Source: Nemertoderma westbladi (Eukaryota > Animalia > Xenacoelomorpha). From it: a stretch of 64,000 nucleotides of DNA. Where the stretch lies: positions 1 to 64,000 of the forward strand of contig JAUCBJ010002054.1 in the NCBI GenBank assembly GCA_032718475.1, given 5' to 3'. Shown piece by piece: positions 22,052 to 34,300 of the stretch (positions are counted from its first letter, which is position 1; every line of letters starts with the position of its first letter). Under the pieces are notes generated by a model that saw only the letters and a list, made by a program, of their open reading frames with translations, made no database searches and was not told where the DNA came from. The position numbers were made by a program, and so were the translations under genes.

Positions 22052-23069
22052 GTAAGATTATTGATTCAAACGACATACTATAAACGAATAAAGATTTCAG
22101 GACCGAAAAAGTATCCAAAACTATTTAAAACGTCAATGAATTAATAATTAATAAAGTAAATAAAGGACAAGTGAATAAAAGTATCATCCCCATGTTATTC
22201 TTGTGTCTCTATCCTATTTGACCTGCGTAATCAATCTTTTCTAATAGATTTTGCCAGTTATTTTGTGTATAAGAAATACTCTGCACCTGTTACTGTTCTA
22301 TAATTTGATTTGACCGTGATAAATTATTTCCGAGAGAAATGCGTGCGAAAACAAGGAACTTGGACAATTACCGCCCGATATCCGATTTACAGAATATATT
22401 TTTAACCCTGGTAATCCTTAGAATGTTTTCCTAATGTTTTTTGAAATTCAAAAGTTATAATATTAACTTTGATTACCGTTTGTAAACTTTTAATTCTAGG
22501 GCTTTTTAAAATATCCAAGATTGTTTCTAGAACAATTTGATTGACCTTATGCTAGCTAAATCTTTTTTATGACTTGATTTAATGGCTTCAATCATTTTAT
22601 TTATATTGTAATGAAATACAATAAAATAATACAATAAATACAATATAAATGGTTGTTGCATTAATAATTGTTTACTGTGTCGGGACAATTTCCCCCCGAG
22701 CGCAAATACCCTAAAGATACCCCAAAAAATACCCCCCCCCCCCCCCCCGATCATTGCACCCCAATGAAACTCACTCACCAAACAATTACCGCCGAGGAAA
22801 ATTTCAAAATAAATGTGATCGTTCCTAACGAGCAAGTTAGTCAAGTAACTTGTTAGAAAATTAAAAAAATTATATTGTCGAACCCCTATCATAGAATTTA
22901 ATAAATTCATGTTTGCTTATTTTTCATTGCGATATTTTACAACTGAAGTACACCATCTCCATTAATAAATAGGCCTACCAATGTCCGTGAATAAAACTAT
23001 AAAATGACACGAATTATTCTCGATATTTTTGTATATTATTCATAATTATTTGTCATTTTGAAAAAACAG

Positions 23070-23234
23070 GAAAAATCGCGCTAAATAGGGCGAGAATTAG
23101 GGAAATTATCATTAAACAACGAGCGCAACGAGCGATGTTCAGAGAAATCCTAACTAATGATTCCGAGAAAAGCGGAAGTAATGTGTGGCCGGCGTGGATA
23201 TTCTGTACCAGATACTCGGATAGACCTTCATCAG
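23070..23234 (+). CDS. en: Engrailed-class gene, coding exon 2 (EH2 motif)
   Basis: CAG acceptor, open in phase with exon 1, encodes VWPAWIFCTRYSDRPSSG (diagnostic EH2), and ends at the conserved G|PR intron position with GTAAG. Confidence 0.92.
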
Positions 23235-23244
23235 GTAAGAACAG

Positions 23245-23473
23245 AATAATATTTGTATATTCTGTTATTAAATAATATTTGTATATTCTGTTATTAAATA
23301 ATATTTGTATATTATGTTATTAAATAATATTTGAATAATATCCTGTTATTAAATTATATTTGTATATTCTGTTATTAAATAATATTTGTATATTCTGTTA
23401 TTAAATGATATTTGTATATTCTGTTATTAAATAATATTTGTATATTCTGTTATTAAATGATATTTGTATATAT
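23245..23473. repeat. 26-bp tandem repeat (about 9 units)
   Basis: ATAATATTTGTATATTCTGTTATTAA repeated, starting about 10 nt after the engrailed exon 2 donor. Confidence 0.9.
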
Positions 23474-24067
23474 TGTTTGTACATTATGTATATTTGTTAC
23501 TAGTATTCAAGTCCATAAAATGTCTTTATCCTAAAACTGTTCATAGGTTAATGATTAAGTCGCACAGTCAGCACATCGCAGCTCCTCAACTCCCACTATA
23601 GTGCTGTACTGCACAACATGTACAGCATTTTGTTTACAGTACCTACATTACAACTACCTTACAAACAGGTTGTCAGTAGTAATGTACCACGATTGGTTGG
23701 GTCAGCAGTAACATTACTTACATTGTATAGTATACAGTAGGTTGTAGGAGGCAAATAATGAGTGAAAGATGATCTTTGAAGTTTCTGTATGGCTCAGTGC
23801 CGGAAACAAATAACATAGAGCTACAACTGAAGTGCATGAAATGGTAAGCCACGCCTCATAATTGCGATATATATTCCTATCCATATATCCAGAATATTTA
23901 TATCATTTTCATGCGTTAAAAATACGATATTACTTTAATATACAGTATTTTATTTGACAGAAATAAATATTGGATTTCTTACAAACACACATACTGAATT
24001 GGACATTCTACCATTGGAGGTTTTATGGTGCTGAATAATTATTAACTGCCGGTAAAATACTTTAAAA

Positions 24068-24625
24068 ATGGCTGAAATAGAGATGTCTAGGGGAGAATTT
24101 GCCATGTTGTGGTTCGCCATACTAAATATGTTGGTTTTAATGGTAACCTACCTATTCGTTATTGCACGACTTTCGGACCTTGACGAAAATTCAATGCACA
24201 ACTCGTCTGCAGTCCGTCGAATCAATAGGTTAGCCGATTACCAGGTGATATCGCATGCTCTGGTGCTGATTGGTCTAGCGGTCTATAAGCGCTATTGGCT
24301 TCTACTGGTTAACAGCCCCGTCTTCGTTTGGGAACTATACGAACTGTGGTCTGTTCCAAAGCGTAATCATGGACCTTACTCCACATTCAACCTTACAGAA
24401 GATCGCATTCTAACCTACATGCGAAACAACGCAATAAAGTTGGTATTTTCTATTGTAATTCTCGTTGTCTACATATGCTGTCTCATTTTGGATACTGGCC
24501 ACGGAAATGCGCTGAATCACGCTGCCTTTATCCACGACTACTACGGCGGAATCAGTCATCATAGGTTCCAAGAAAACCCAGGGGATACTGAACATTTGAA
24601 GATTCTTCAACCATCTGTTAAATAA
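24068..24625 (+). CDS. Intronless cornichon family protein (CNIH4-like, divergent)
   Basis: 185-aa ORF with hydrophobic segments and cornichon-like motifs LSDL, LLVN.P...W..Y....VP..N.G and M...IKL.F, plus a hydrophilic C-terminal extension. Confidence 0.78.
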   Translation: MAEIEMSRGEFAMLWFAILNMLVLMVTYLFVIARLSDLDENSMHNSSAVRRINRLADYQVISHALVLIGLAVYKRYWLLLVNSPVFVWELYELWSVPKRNHGPYSTFNLTEDRILTYMRNNAIKLVFSIVILVVYICCLILDTGHGNALNHAAFIHDYYGGISHHRFQENPGDTEHLKILQPSVK

Positions 24626-24999
24626 CTCAAAATTATTTGTTAACAATATCAAATAACAGCAACAATTGAAATTGAAAATATATTTACTTGTTTCGGTGTT
24701 CACCCACCTTTTTGTAAACGTGAACAATTCTGCCCTCCTAATTCTAATAATTCATAATTATTGCACATCATTCTGAAAAAACTAGTGGCTCATAATAGTA
24801 CAATAAATTGGCCTATAATTACGGAAAAATTGCACAAAACGGATTTTTGTAATTTTAACCATCCCATTGTCTCGTTTATCATTGCTATAGTATATTGCAT
24901 TGAGTTACCATTATTAGAGGGAAGTCCTATTGTATACGCCCAAATTAACTCGCATGTGTATCCTTGTCTGTGCCGCTATAATGAACCGGATACACCCCA

Positions 25000-27938
25000 T
25001 GTTCCCATATACTTGGCTGCAGGGGTATATGGCCTGGCCAGGCAGATGGTGATCTACCAATGGCTGGTCCGGAGTGCAGTGTTCTCATGTCCACTCTGAG
25101 TGCACTTCACTGCGACCTGCACCTGGCAGCAGGGGTACAGGGCATGACCCAGCAGATGAGCTGCACAGCCAATGGTGGGTCATGTGCGCCAGAGTAGATA
25201 TGGGTGATGGGCCTCAATCTGACTCCACTGCGACACCCACCTTGTGGAATGGCAAACCCAGGGTGTGGTATTTGCCCCGAGAGCTGACTCGGCAAAAAAG
25301 CACCCCCCAACCCCCACTATGTAATACATTAGTAATGCGGAGGTCCAGCCACTAGAGGCCAGTGGAATGACTGGATGGACACAATCGGCCTCACGGGCGT
25401 CAGTTATCTCCTAACAGGCTGCCTGTCTCACCACCTACTGGAGAGAGAGCGGCAAACGATTCTTTGAGTCCCTTTCCTGATGACCTTTCTGGCCCAAACC
25501 CTGGGTCACCAGGGAGGCCAGATTGTGAGGGGCAGAGGGATTCTGGAGTTGGAGGCTACTCTCATGTTCCACCCTGACCAACAAAGCCATTGGTGAATCT
25601 GAGGCAAGTCACTAGACTAGCCTCAGTACACACCCTAACACTCGGGTCCCCAATGCGACAAGGTGAGCTGACTGCCTTGGCAGATAAGCTTTCTCTTAGT
25701 GCAGTGGGTGTTCAAGAGCACCGAATGCAGACTGGACAGACTGATGAGGTTCTGATTAAGGACATGGGGGCGGTTGGCGACTCGCCCTCGCTTCAGCAGA
25801 TGATAGTGGCAATGGTGAAATTTGTCTATTGATGAATCCAACTGCACATGCAGCATTGGACAAAATAGACCAAATCTCTAACCGCATCATCCGTTGCCAC
25901 TTCTCATGTTCTGGAAGACTAGCTAAGAAGTTTCCTAAGGTGGTTCTGATTGTGTGCTACTCTACAACTAGTGTTGCCCCTGTAGAGAAGGTGGAAAATT
26001 TCTACCAGAATCTACAAGCAGCTACTGATGGAGTGGATCAGCATGCATTCTTAACATTCCTGGGAGAGTTTAATGCATTTCTGCATCAATCACCTACATC
26101 GCCCTGGGTCTATAGCAATAGTGTTAACCGAAATTCCGTCCATCTTCAGGATTTTATCTCTGGAAATGGATTGTTTTCGGCTGGAACCCAATTCAAGAAG
26201 CGAACTGGAAAGCTATGGACTCATAGTGGACCCAGTGGTCACAAGTCCCAGATAGACCATATCCTGTTTCGTAGGAAATACAGGAGCTCTATACAAGACT
26301 GTAATGCATTTACACTACGACCCTTCTCCAGTGATCACCGCCTTATTGTGGCCAAGGTAAGACTTAGTCTGCGTGCTAGAAGAACGACGAAATCTGCCTT
26401 GCCGCGGCATGACTGGTCCTCTCTGTTGCAACAGCCAAGTGTGAGATCCAGCTTCACACTACAGCTGAGCAACAGGTATGAGGTTCTTGCCTCTGAGGCG
26501 GCAGATCACTGTGAGGGCTATACTGCCTTCAGCCAGGCAGTAAGTTAGCAGCTGCAGAAACAGTTCCTGTATACCCCCGAAACAGGAAACGGGCCCCCTG
26601 GACTGACAACAAAATTCAGAAGTGCCGAAATAACTTCTACAAGGCGCAGAAAGAGTCCCGACTCAAACAGACTACAGCGGCCAAGAATGCAGTTAAGGCT
26701 GCATCTAGGTCCCTGAACAGGCAGTACTCTGTTAATTTAAAGGAGCTAATAAACCAACAGGTTGATGCCATCAATGATGCTGACGACAGCAGGCAATCAC
26801 CCTATGCATGGAGATCGATCAACTTGCTTGATGGTCGAAAAAGCCAACCAACCACCAAGGTTAAGGCTGAATCACAAGCCGATCGCCTCAATGGTTGGAA
26901 GGCCCACTTTGAAAAGCTCCTCAATAATGACAGGGTATTGCCTGATAACTTTATAGAAGTAAAAGTGTCTGAGTCTGTACTCCCAGATATTCCCATTGGT
27001 GATATCTCCTTTGCAGAAGTGAAGGCTGCTGCAAAGAGCATTAAGACCAATCATGCCAGTGGAGTAGATGGTGTTCCCCCTGAGGTCTTTAAAATACCTG
27101 AGTGTTTAAAGCTTATCTATCCCATCATAGTAGACATGTACCGAACAACAAGAGTCCCACAAGAAATGAAAACAAATAAGTTGGTGCCAGTTCCCAAGAA
27201 GGGCAATCTAACACTCTATGGTTCTTTTCGGGGAATCTCATTGATCTCGATTGCTGCAAAGCTATACAATATAATTCTATTAAATCGCATCAGGGATCCC
27301 ATTGAGAGACTGCTCCGTTGAAATCAGAATGGGTTCTGTAAAGGTCGTGGGACCATGGAGGCTCACGTATGTTCAGCATACTTTCATTATATGGGATTCC
27401 TGATGAAATTATTGCAGCAATCCGATCAGTATACGATGGTTCGATAACATTTGTGTCTACTGTTGACAGTGACACAGAACCATTTGAAGTGTTATGGGGC
27501 GTCCTCCAGGGAGACACACTTGCACCATTCTTGTTCATAATTATTGTTGACTATGTTCTACGCATGTCCTTAGATCATCATAATGATGATGGGGTGATGA
27601 TAACTCCACCCACTGGCTCCAGAAGTCGAGGAAATTCTACCAAGTACCTAACTGATCTAGACTTTGCTGATGACTTAGGAGTACTCTCAGAATCACTAGA
27701 GGGAGCCCAACGGCTCCTCAGCTCATTAGAACATGCTGCTTCTAGTGTTGGTCTTTTTATTAACTCCAGAAAGACCAAACTTTTGACAGTTAACTTTGAA
27801 AGTCCTCAGCAAGTCTCTGATCGGATGAGCATAAGCTCAAAAGATGGTATGCTTGAGCATGTGGATGACTACTGTTACCTGGGATCATGGATCCGGAAGT
27901 CAGGTGAGGATCTTCGTATACGTAAGGGAAAGGCATGG
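25000..27938 (+). mobile_element. Decayed RTE-type LINE (APE endonuclease + RT), 5' part
   Basis: VGVQEHR, QIDHIL, SDH (APE); RGISL, GVLQGDTLAP, LDFADD (RT); contains stops, frameshifts and an internal deletion. Interrupted by E2 at GKAW. The 5' boundary is approximate. Confidence 0.9.
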
Positions 27939-29174
27939 TGTAAAAGCCTTTGCTGAATTGCCCCGTTATTTTTATTATCTTTTACATTAAAATACTCTGT
28001 AGTTGATTTAATAAGTGTAAGAGACCGTATTATTGCTGTATCGGTGTTTTTAGAGGATCTAAGACCTATTTCCTCCGTATGTGTACTGTGAAAGGCATAT
28101 TTTATGATTCTATGGCAATTCGTGACGCAAAGGGGTGATAGCTACTCTTGAACAGTAGTTACTATGACTACGGTTAACAGCTGACATTCATACGTGTTGA
28201 TTTCCTTTGTTCTACGGCGTCTCTCAGTTCAGTCAGCCAATTAGAGCGTTTTTGTGGCTCCTTGTACAGAAAATTTCCGAGAAATGACGCAATGCCTATG
28301 TGCAGTGTTTACATTCAGTCCTGAGCCAAAGAAAGAACGGCTTGGAAGTATTTTGTGCTTTACTGTTTTAGCCGTACACTAGTAGGCTTAATCATAAGGA
28401 CATATATCCGTTATCTAACTTGACTAACCTAACTCAATGCAATCAATGCATACTGCAGTACTGCATACACTGCATACTGTGTAACACTGTGCATACTTTA
28501 TATTGTTATACTGCTATTTGCTGTCTGTACTTCATAATTTGGTTGATGAATTATTATATTTGGAATAACGATAAATAACCCCGAAAACCCAATATTCTTG
28601 ATATACTGAAGGTAAGAGAGAAAGGTTATACATAACGATTGTGACTTATGTTAAAGTGGTTTGAAGTGAATCTAATGTTATTTGATAGACCCTACATGAG
28701 TCAGTCCGTGTTCCTTTTATATGTAACTAAAATCAGTGAAGATCGGCAGATCAGTGTGCAGTATTGTGCAGCATTGTGTGCGGGTGATACTGATAACGAA
28801 GCATTTCCTAAAGAATGCGCCATATATGTGAATTATAACTAAGCCATATCGTTGTGATTAGTTTAAGTCATAACTCTGTTTATATAGATAGAGCGCCACG
28901 TCCTAAAGGAACTGTTAATATTCCCCGAAAGTGAATAATATTGTCAGAGATTATATAATACTGTCAGTCGAATAATACATTAAGCTTACATAGCACTAAA
29001 ATTAAGCCGTCGAACCCAATCTCCCGGGAATTATCCAGCGGGTGAATGATCGCGCACAGATTGGTTTCGACTAGTGTAGTGAATCAAATATTTGTCATCG
29101 GCTAAAGTGATTTATTATCTAACAGACATCCTAATTTGGCGGGTTAAACTGCCAAAGGTCTGAAAGCGCGAACA
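27939..29174 (+). repeat. 5' LTR of E2
   Basis: TGTAAAAGCC...GCGCGAACA, repeated at offset 11416. Confidence 0.96.
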
Positions 29175-29185
29175 ATAACGGATAT
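29175..29185 (+). other. Candidate self-priming primer-binding site of E2 (ATAACGGATAT)
   Basis: Exact reverse complement of LTR 28404-28414 (ATATCCGTTAT). Confidence 0.7.
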
Positions 29186-31343
29186 TGCTTCTTTATTGCA
29201 GTAGGCAATAAAGCTGAAGTACCGGCAACCGGTACCCAGTAGGCCTGACTACCTAACCACCCGGACCGGTACCTACAGCAGTACAGGTACAGCAGTATTA
29301 TTCGATTTTGATAATTATATACCGGTAGGCCTTAATAATTAATCAGGGAGGGCCCGCCCTGGTTTTTTATTGAGATTTTTACTTATTTCTGTCAAGTTTT
29401 ATTTGTTTGTAGGCCAGTATTGAACAGAAGGCGTGTAAGCCTGATCAGATTGTACAGACAATTTGTAGGCTGAGCTGTTGTCTGATTGCTGTTAAGTCTG
29501 AACGGATTGCAGTGTGTGTAGATCACCTGTCCGATTAAGTACGATTAGGCAGTAGGGGCAGCGAACGCTGTAAGGTAAACCCCCAACTAAAGAATAAGTC
29601 GCACTACTGGGTTAGAGCGCATACTCCCTAATCATTTCGGAGTCTGCATGTCCTGTAGTTTATTTAGGCTTGAGAGTAGTCTGCCATCGTTTGGTCTGTA
29701 CTTTGTTTGTGTAAGTCTGTACGGGTAGCGTATAATTTTATTTAGATAATTTGTAGGCTGGATAGTTGTCTGGCTGTTATTAGGTCTGAACGGATTGCCG
29801 CGTGTGTAGATCATCTGTCCGATTAAGTACGGTTAGGCAGTAGGGGCAGCGAACGCTGTAAGGTAAACCCCCAACTAAAGAATAAGTCGCACTACTGGGT
29901 TAGAGCGCATACTCCCTAATCATTTCGGAGTCTGCATATACCGTAGTTTGTTTAGGCTTGATAGTAGTCTGTCAGTGTTCGGTCTGTATTTTGTTTGAGT
30001 AGTTTGTACGCGTAGCGTAATATTTATTATTCAGAGTTTATGCGATTATCCGCAACATTCATTCCCCAAGTTTGTTCCTACAGTAATTGTGTTTGTTATA
30101 CATACCGCTATAGTTAAATTAACCCCGGTACTACACGGGCTGCTCGGCGTAGGTAAAGACTGGTGATTTTGTGCATCGGTCACTCCAGCAGATGCCGTGG
30201 TTCTTTTAGCTGTTCAAGTATATTTAACTACTGATTATCTGTTATATAAGTACTCGTACCTAATTTAGGGTTTAGTGTACAGTACTTTCCGAAGTAATTA
30301 TTGTAGACATTATATCTGTGTTGTAAAGTGGTTGATAGGCACATTCGATTAGCTCTATTAACTTCTAGGTAGGAACACTCCGTGATACATAACGTAGAAC
30401 CTATAGCGATACGGCTATAGGTCGTCAGGCGGTGGTATTTTCCTATCTAGACAACGCAGTGTATTTACTACTACTTATTATTTCAAATACCGTAGTACCC
30501 TGTCCGTTGTAATAACCGGTTATCTAACCCTTTGTTAGGCTGGTTTGTAGACTTCTTGTAAAATTACCCTAAAAATTCGTATTTTGTGTTTTTGTAAATT
30601 TTTGTGTTTATTTAGAGATTGTAATCTCACCCGAATTGTACGTAATTTGTAGTATTAAGTAACTTAGGTAAATTAGAATTATTTGTTTTAGTGTCCTATA
30701 CGTAACACTTCACTAAAAGCGCACCGCTTTGTGTAGTGATTACCCCAGAAATAATAACATTTATTTCAAACATTGACTAAACCCATTAAAACGGGTATAA
30801 ATACATTATAAATCAAATCTAACGATTTATAAATAGTAGGCCTACCATAAAACCATTAGGTCTCAATATCAGTTGGATTACTGCTTAAATAACGGTAATA
30901 AAGTAAGTTAAAGTAACCAAGTAACCCTAAAGTTCAGAAATTCAATTATTCTAAAATAATTGATATACCGGTATTTACGATAGGCCTATTATCTTATTTC
31001 TATAAATCTAGGCTGAAATTATACCGGTACTTGTAATTAATTCTATTCCAGAATTATATATACTACAAACTGTAAGCTGTATACCGGTATTCCGATAGGC
31101 CTATTATATATTTATATATATTTGTGCTAAAATTATACCGGTATTCTGTGATAAACATAGTCTGTAATAATACTTATATAGTTATATATACTATAAGTAT
31201 ACCGGTATTCTAATATATTATATATATCACGCTACACTGAGTAGCAGTACCGGTAATTAATTACTAGGCTAGCAGTTAATACTGAGTTATTAGACTTACT
31301 CAGACTGTAATACAGCAGTAGACATTCAACGGTATACATAGTC

Positions 31344-34300
31344 ATGTCTGATACTAAGCAGAACCTGTCAGACAGTTTATTAGATGTAACTATCTGCGAC
31401 TCAGATAGAGACGTACAACCGTCTGGTCGTAAATCCAGTTCACCTCCCACTGTGAGGAAGGTCATCCCTCCAGTAGTAATAACAGAACCTAGGCTGGTCC
31501 AACATCGTAGGTCTATCATAGGCACTCGAGCTCAGGTCAAGCGGGACCAAAAGGCAGCGGAACAGCAACAACCCGCTAGTCAAGAACTTATTCCTCAGCG
31601 GCCCAGCAGCTCCAGTAGTGAGGATACTGTAGAGCTGACACCCGAGCGCGGAGCAGAGATGACGGATGCGGTTTATACGGATCCCCTTCTCATCCTTCCT
31701 GCAGCCGTGCTCGCTGGGTTATTGATCGCGGTGGAAGAACACCAGATCGATTGGGCGAGAAGTCAACGGTCAACTAGAGATAGTTACGCGGGATACACGA
31801 GTGAAGAACTGAAGTCTATTGTCGAGTCGCAATGGAACTTCCCCGGACCCGGACTCCCGTTTGATTTATCAGAAGCTGCCTGGGAAGACATACACCGGAT
31901 GGGAGTAGCCAAGGAAACCATCGATCCAGCTGTATGGAAGAGGTCCGCAGCCGGATACGCCCAGGGATTCTTCAGCTCTATGGAGCGAGTAGAGAGACAA
32001 CTGTTTCAACAACCTCAAGGACCTCAAGAGCAGGGATCGCTGCTTTATCAAGTTAGAGAAAGAGTTTTGCGGATTAGGCTAATCTTATCCGCCTTTGAGG
32101 AGGCTTCTAAAAGAAGACAAGACACGTCGTTGCAAGTTGCCGTAAAGACTTGGTTTCAAAGGGTGAATCTCCAAGTTCAAGGAACAGCTCAGTGGAAAGC
32201 TCAGCTAGAGGAGCGATCAAACCATGGAGAATCAACAGACGCCACTTTTTCCCAAGTGGAAAGTGAAGCGACGGCAGAGAAACCACATAAGAGGGATGCC
32301 ATTGACATCTATCTGTCAGACTATCAGCGTTTTTTAGGTGATGACGAGTTGAGGAGAAGGTTAGAGGGACTTAGCCCTAATAGCGAAGGAACCAAGCTTG
32401 TGTTGGATGCCATCGATGTGGAAATGAGGGCTGCGAATCAGGCTAAATTTGATGAACAACTCCGCCTGACACGAGTCCAAGAAGAACAAGTAAAGAAAAA
32501 ACGTATAGAAGACAGAAAGAAAGCAGCAGTGGTAGCTGCAGAAGCAGAAAGAAAATTGGCAGCGGCAGAGGCAGCAGCAGAGGCAAAAGCGGCAGCGGCA
32601 GCGGCAGAGGCAAAGGCGGCAGAGGCAGCAGCAGAGGCAAAAGCGGCAGCGGCAGCGGCAGAGGCAAAGGCGGCAGAGGCAGCGGCAGAGGCAGAGGCAA
32701 AGGCGGCAGAGGCAGCAGCAGAAGCAAAGGCGACCTTGGCAGAAGCAGCAGCTGAAAGAAAGGCGGTAGAGGCAGTGGCAGAAGCAGAACGGAGAGCGAC
32801 TGAAGAAACCACCCAGTTAGAATTGGAAAACATTCAGGAGAATCAAGACTGCATAAATAAACAGTTAACGGCTAGCAATATGCAGATGATGGATCGATCT
32901 ACTCCCAAAAGACAGGGATATACATCATCGGAGGAAGGCGATACCACCGATACTGAAGGCAAAGGAAATAGATCTCGTCTAAGCAGACGTAAAAGAACAT
33001 TCCACCGTCAGAAATTGCCTGATTTGCCTCCAGCTGTTAGAAGGCAACTAAATAACACCAACTTAGGTAGTACAGAGCCCACAGACCAAATAATTAAAAT
33101 AGAAAGACTCCCTACTATAGTAGATGAGCCTGAAATAATTAGGCCTGTTCTTGAAATCACCCCATCGGTAATAGATACACCTGTGCTCCCTGAAGCTACC
33201 TATAAATTCCCTCTGCATAGCACTAAGCTACCTGTGCCCCGTAGAACTGCCCCAGAGACAGTTCAGGTCCTGGACCCCGAGCGAAATATTCATAATTTGT
33301 CGCCCGTTGTCCCTCGTCCGCCCGCTACAACGTTGGCGACTCCCGCTTCGGCGGTCGAATGGGTGGACGAGAGACGGCGGGGGATGGATATCCTGCTCGG
33401 GCAGATGCAGGAGACTGTCCAGCAATTCAAGGGCACAGTAAGGGAAAGTAGGCTAGAGTTGCAAGAAGTGCAGCAAAGTATCGCGCTTGAACGCGATAAA
33501 TTAGTAAATACCCAAAAGGGTATACCACCACCCTCTGTAACAATGTGTCAACCTGTTAGGTCTGAAGTATTGCATGCGCAAGGTGTGGAGCCTACACGCA
33601 TATATACTGCTAGCGAAGTAGAAACTCCTATAGTGAACCCTATTAAGGGTAATTATAGACCTGTTGATAATGATATTCCCTATAGAACTGATCATAATCC
33701 GAGAAATTTATATACCGATAACTCGATATTAAATAGCACGATGGCCCAAGAAAGTTTTACGCGTCAAATGGCTAGAACCGAAGCCCGGCAAGCGGTAAAG
33801 GTTGGAGAGATCGTTAAGTTCAATGGAGATGAGATGAAATGGTTACCTTTTAATGAATATTACAAAGATAACATACAGAACTCTGTACTATCTAATGGAG
33901 AAAAACTTAGATACCTCATCGAGTGCTTGGAAGGATCTCCCAAGTTAATGGCGTTAAGGTTTATTGGACATCCAGACGGATTAAGACAAGTTTGGGATAC
34001 ACTAAACATCAGGTATGGTAATAGGAATAACATAGCTGGGTATTTGTATGCAAAGTTGGTAGCGCCCCGAAAGTTTATTAGCAGCGGGATTATAGAGTTT
34101 TCCGATGAAATTCAGGAGATCTGCAGACAATTAGATTGGCTAGGTAAGTCTCATGAGTATCAGAGTGCTATGGTTATTAGAGCAGTGGCTTCTACTTTAC
34201 CGAAGGGTGGAGTAGGTACACGCTGGGATAAGAAAGTGTTATATATGATGGAACAACAACGACGAGACCCTACCATGGCTGATCTCATGTCATTCTTAGA

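Noticed and set aside
25000-25600. Possible HDV-like ribozyme in the RTE 5' UTR
   Set aside because: Known for some RTE elements, but I could not fit the nested double-pseudoknot pattern by eye; needs a descriptor search.
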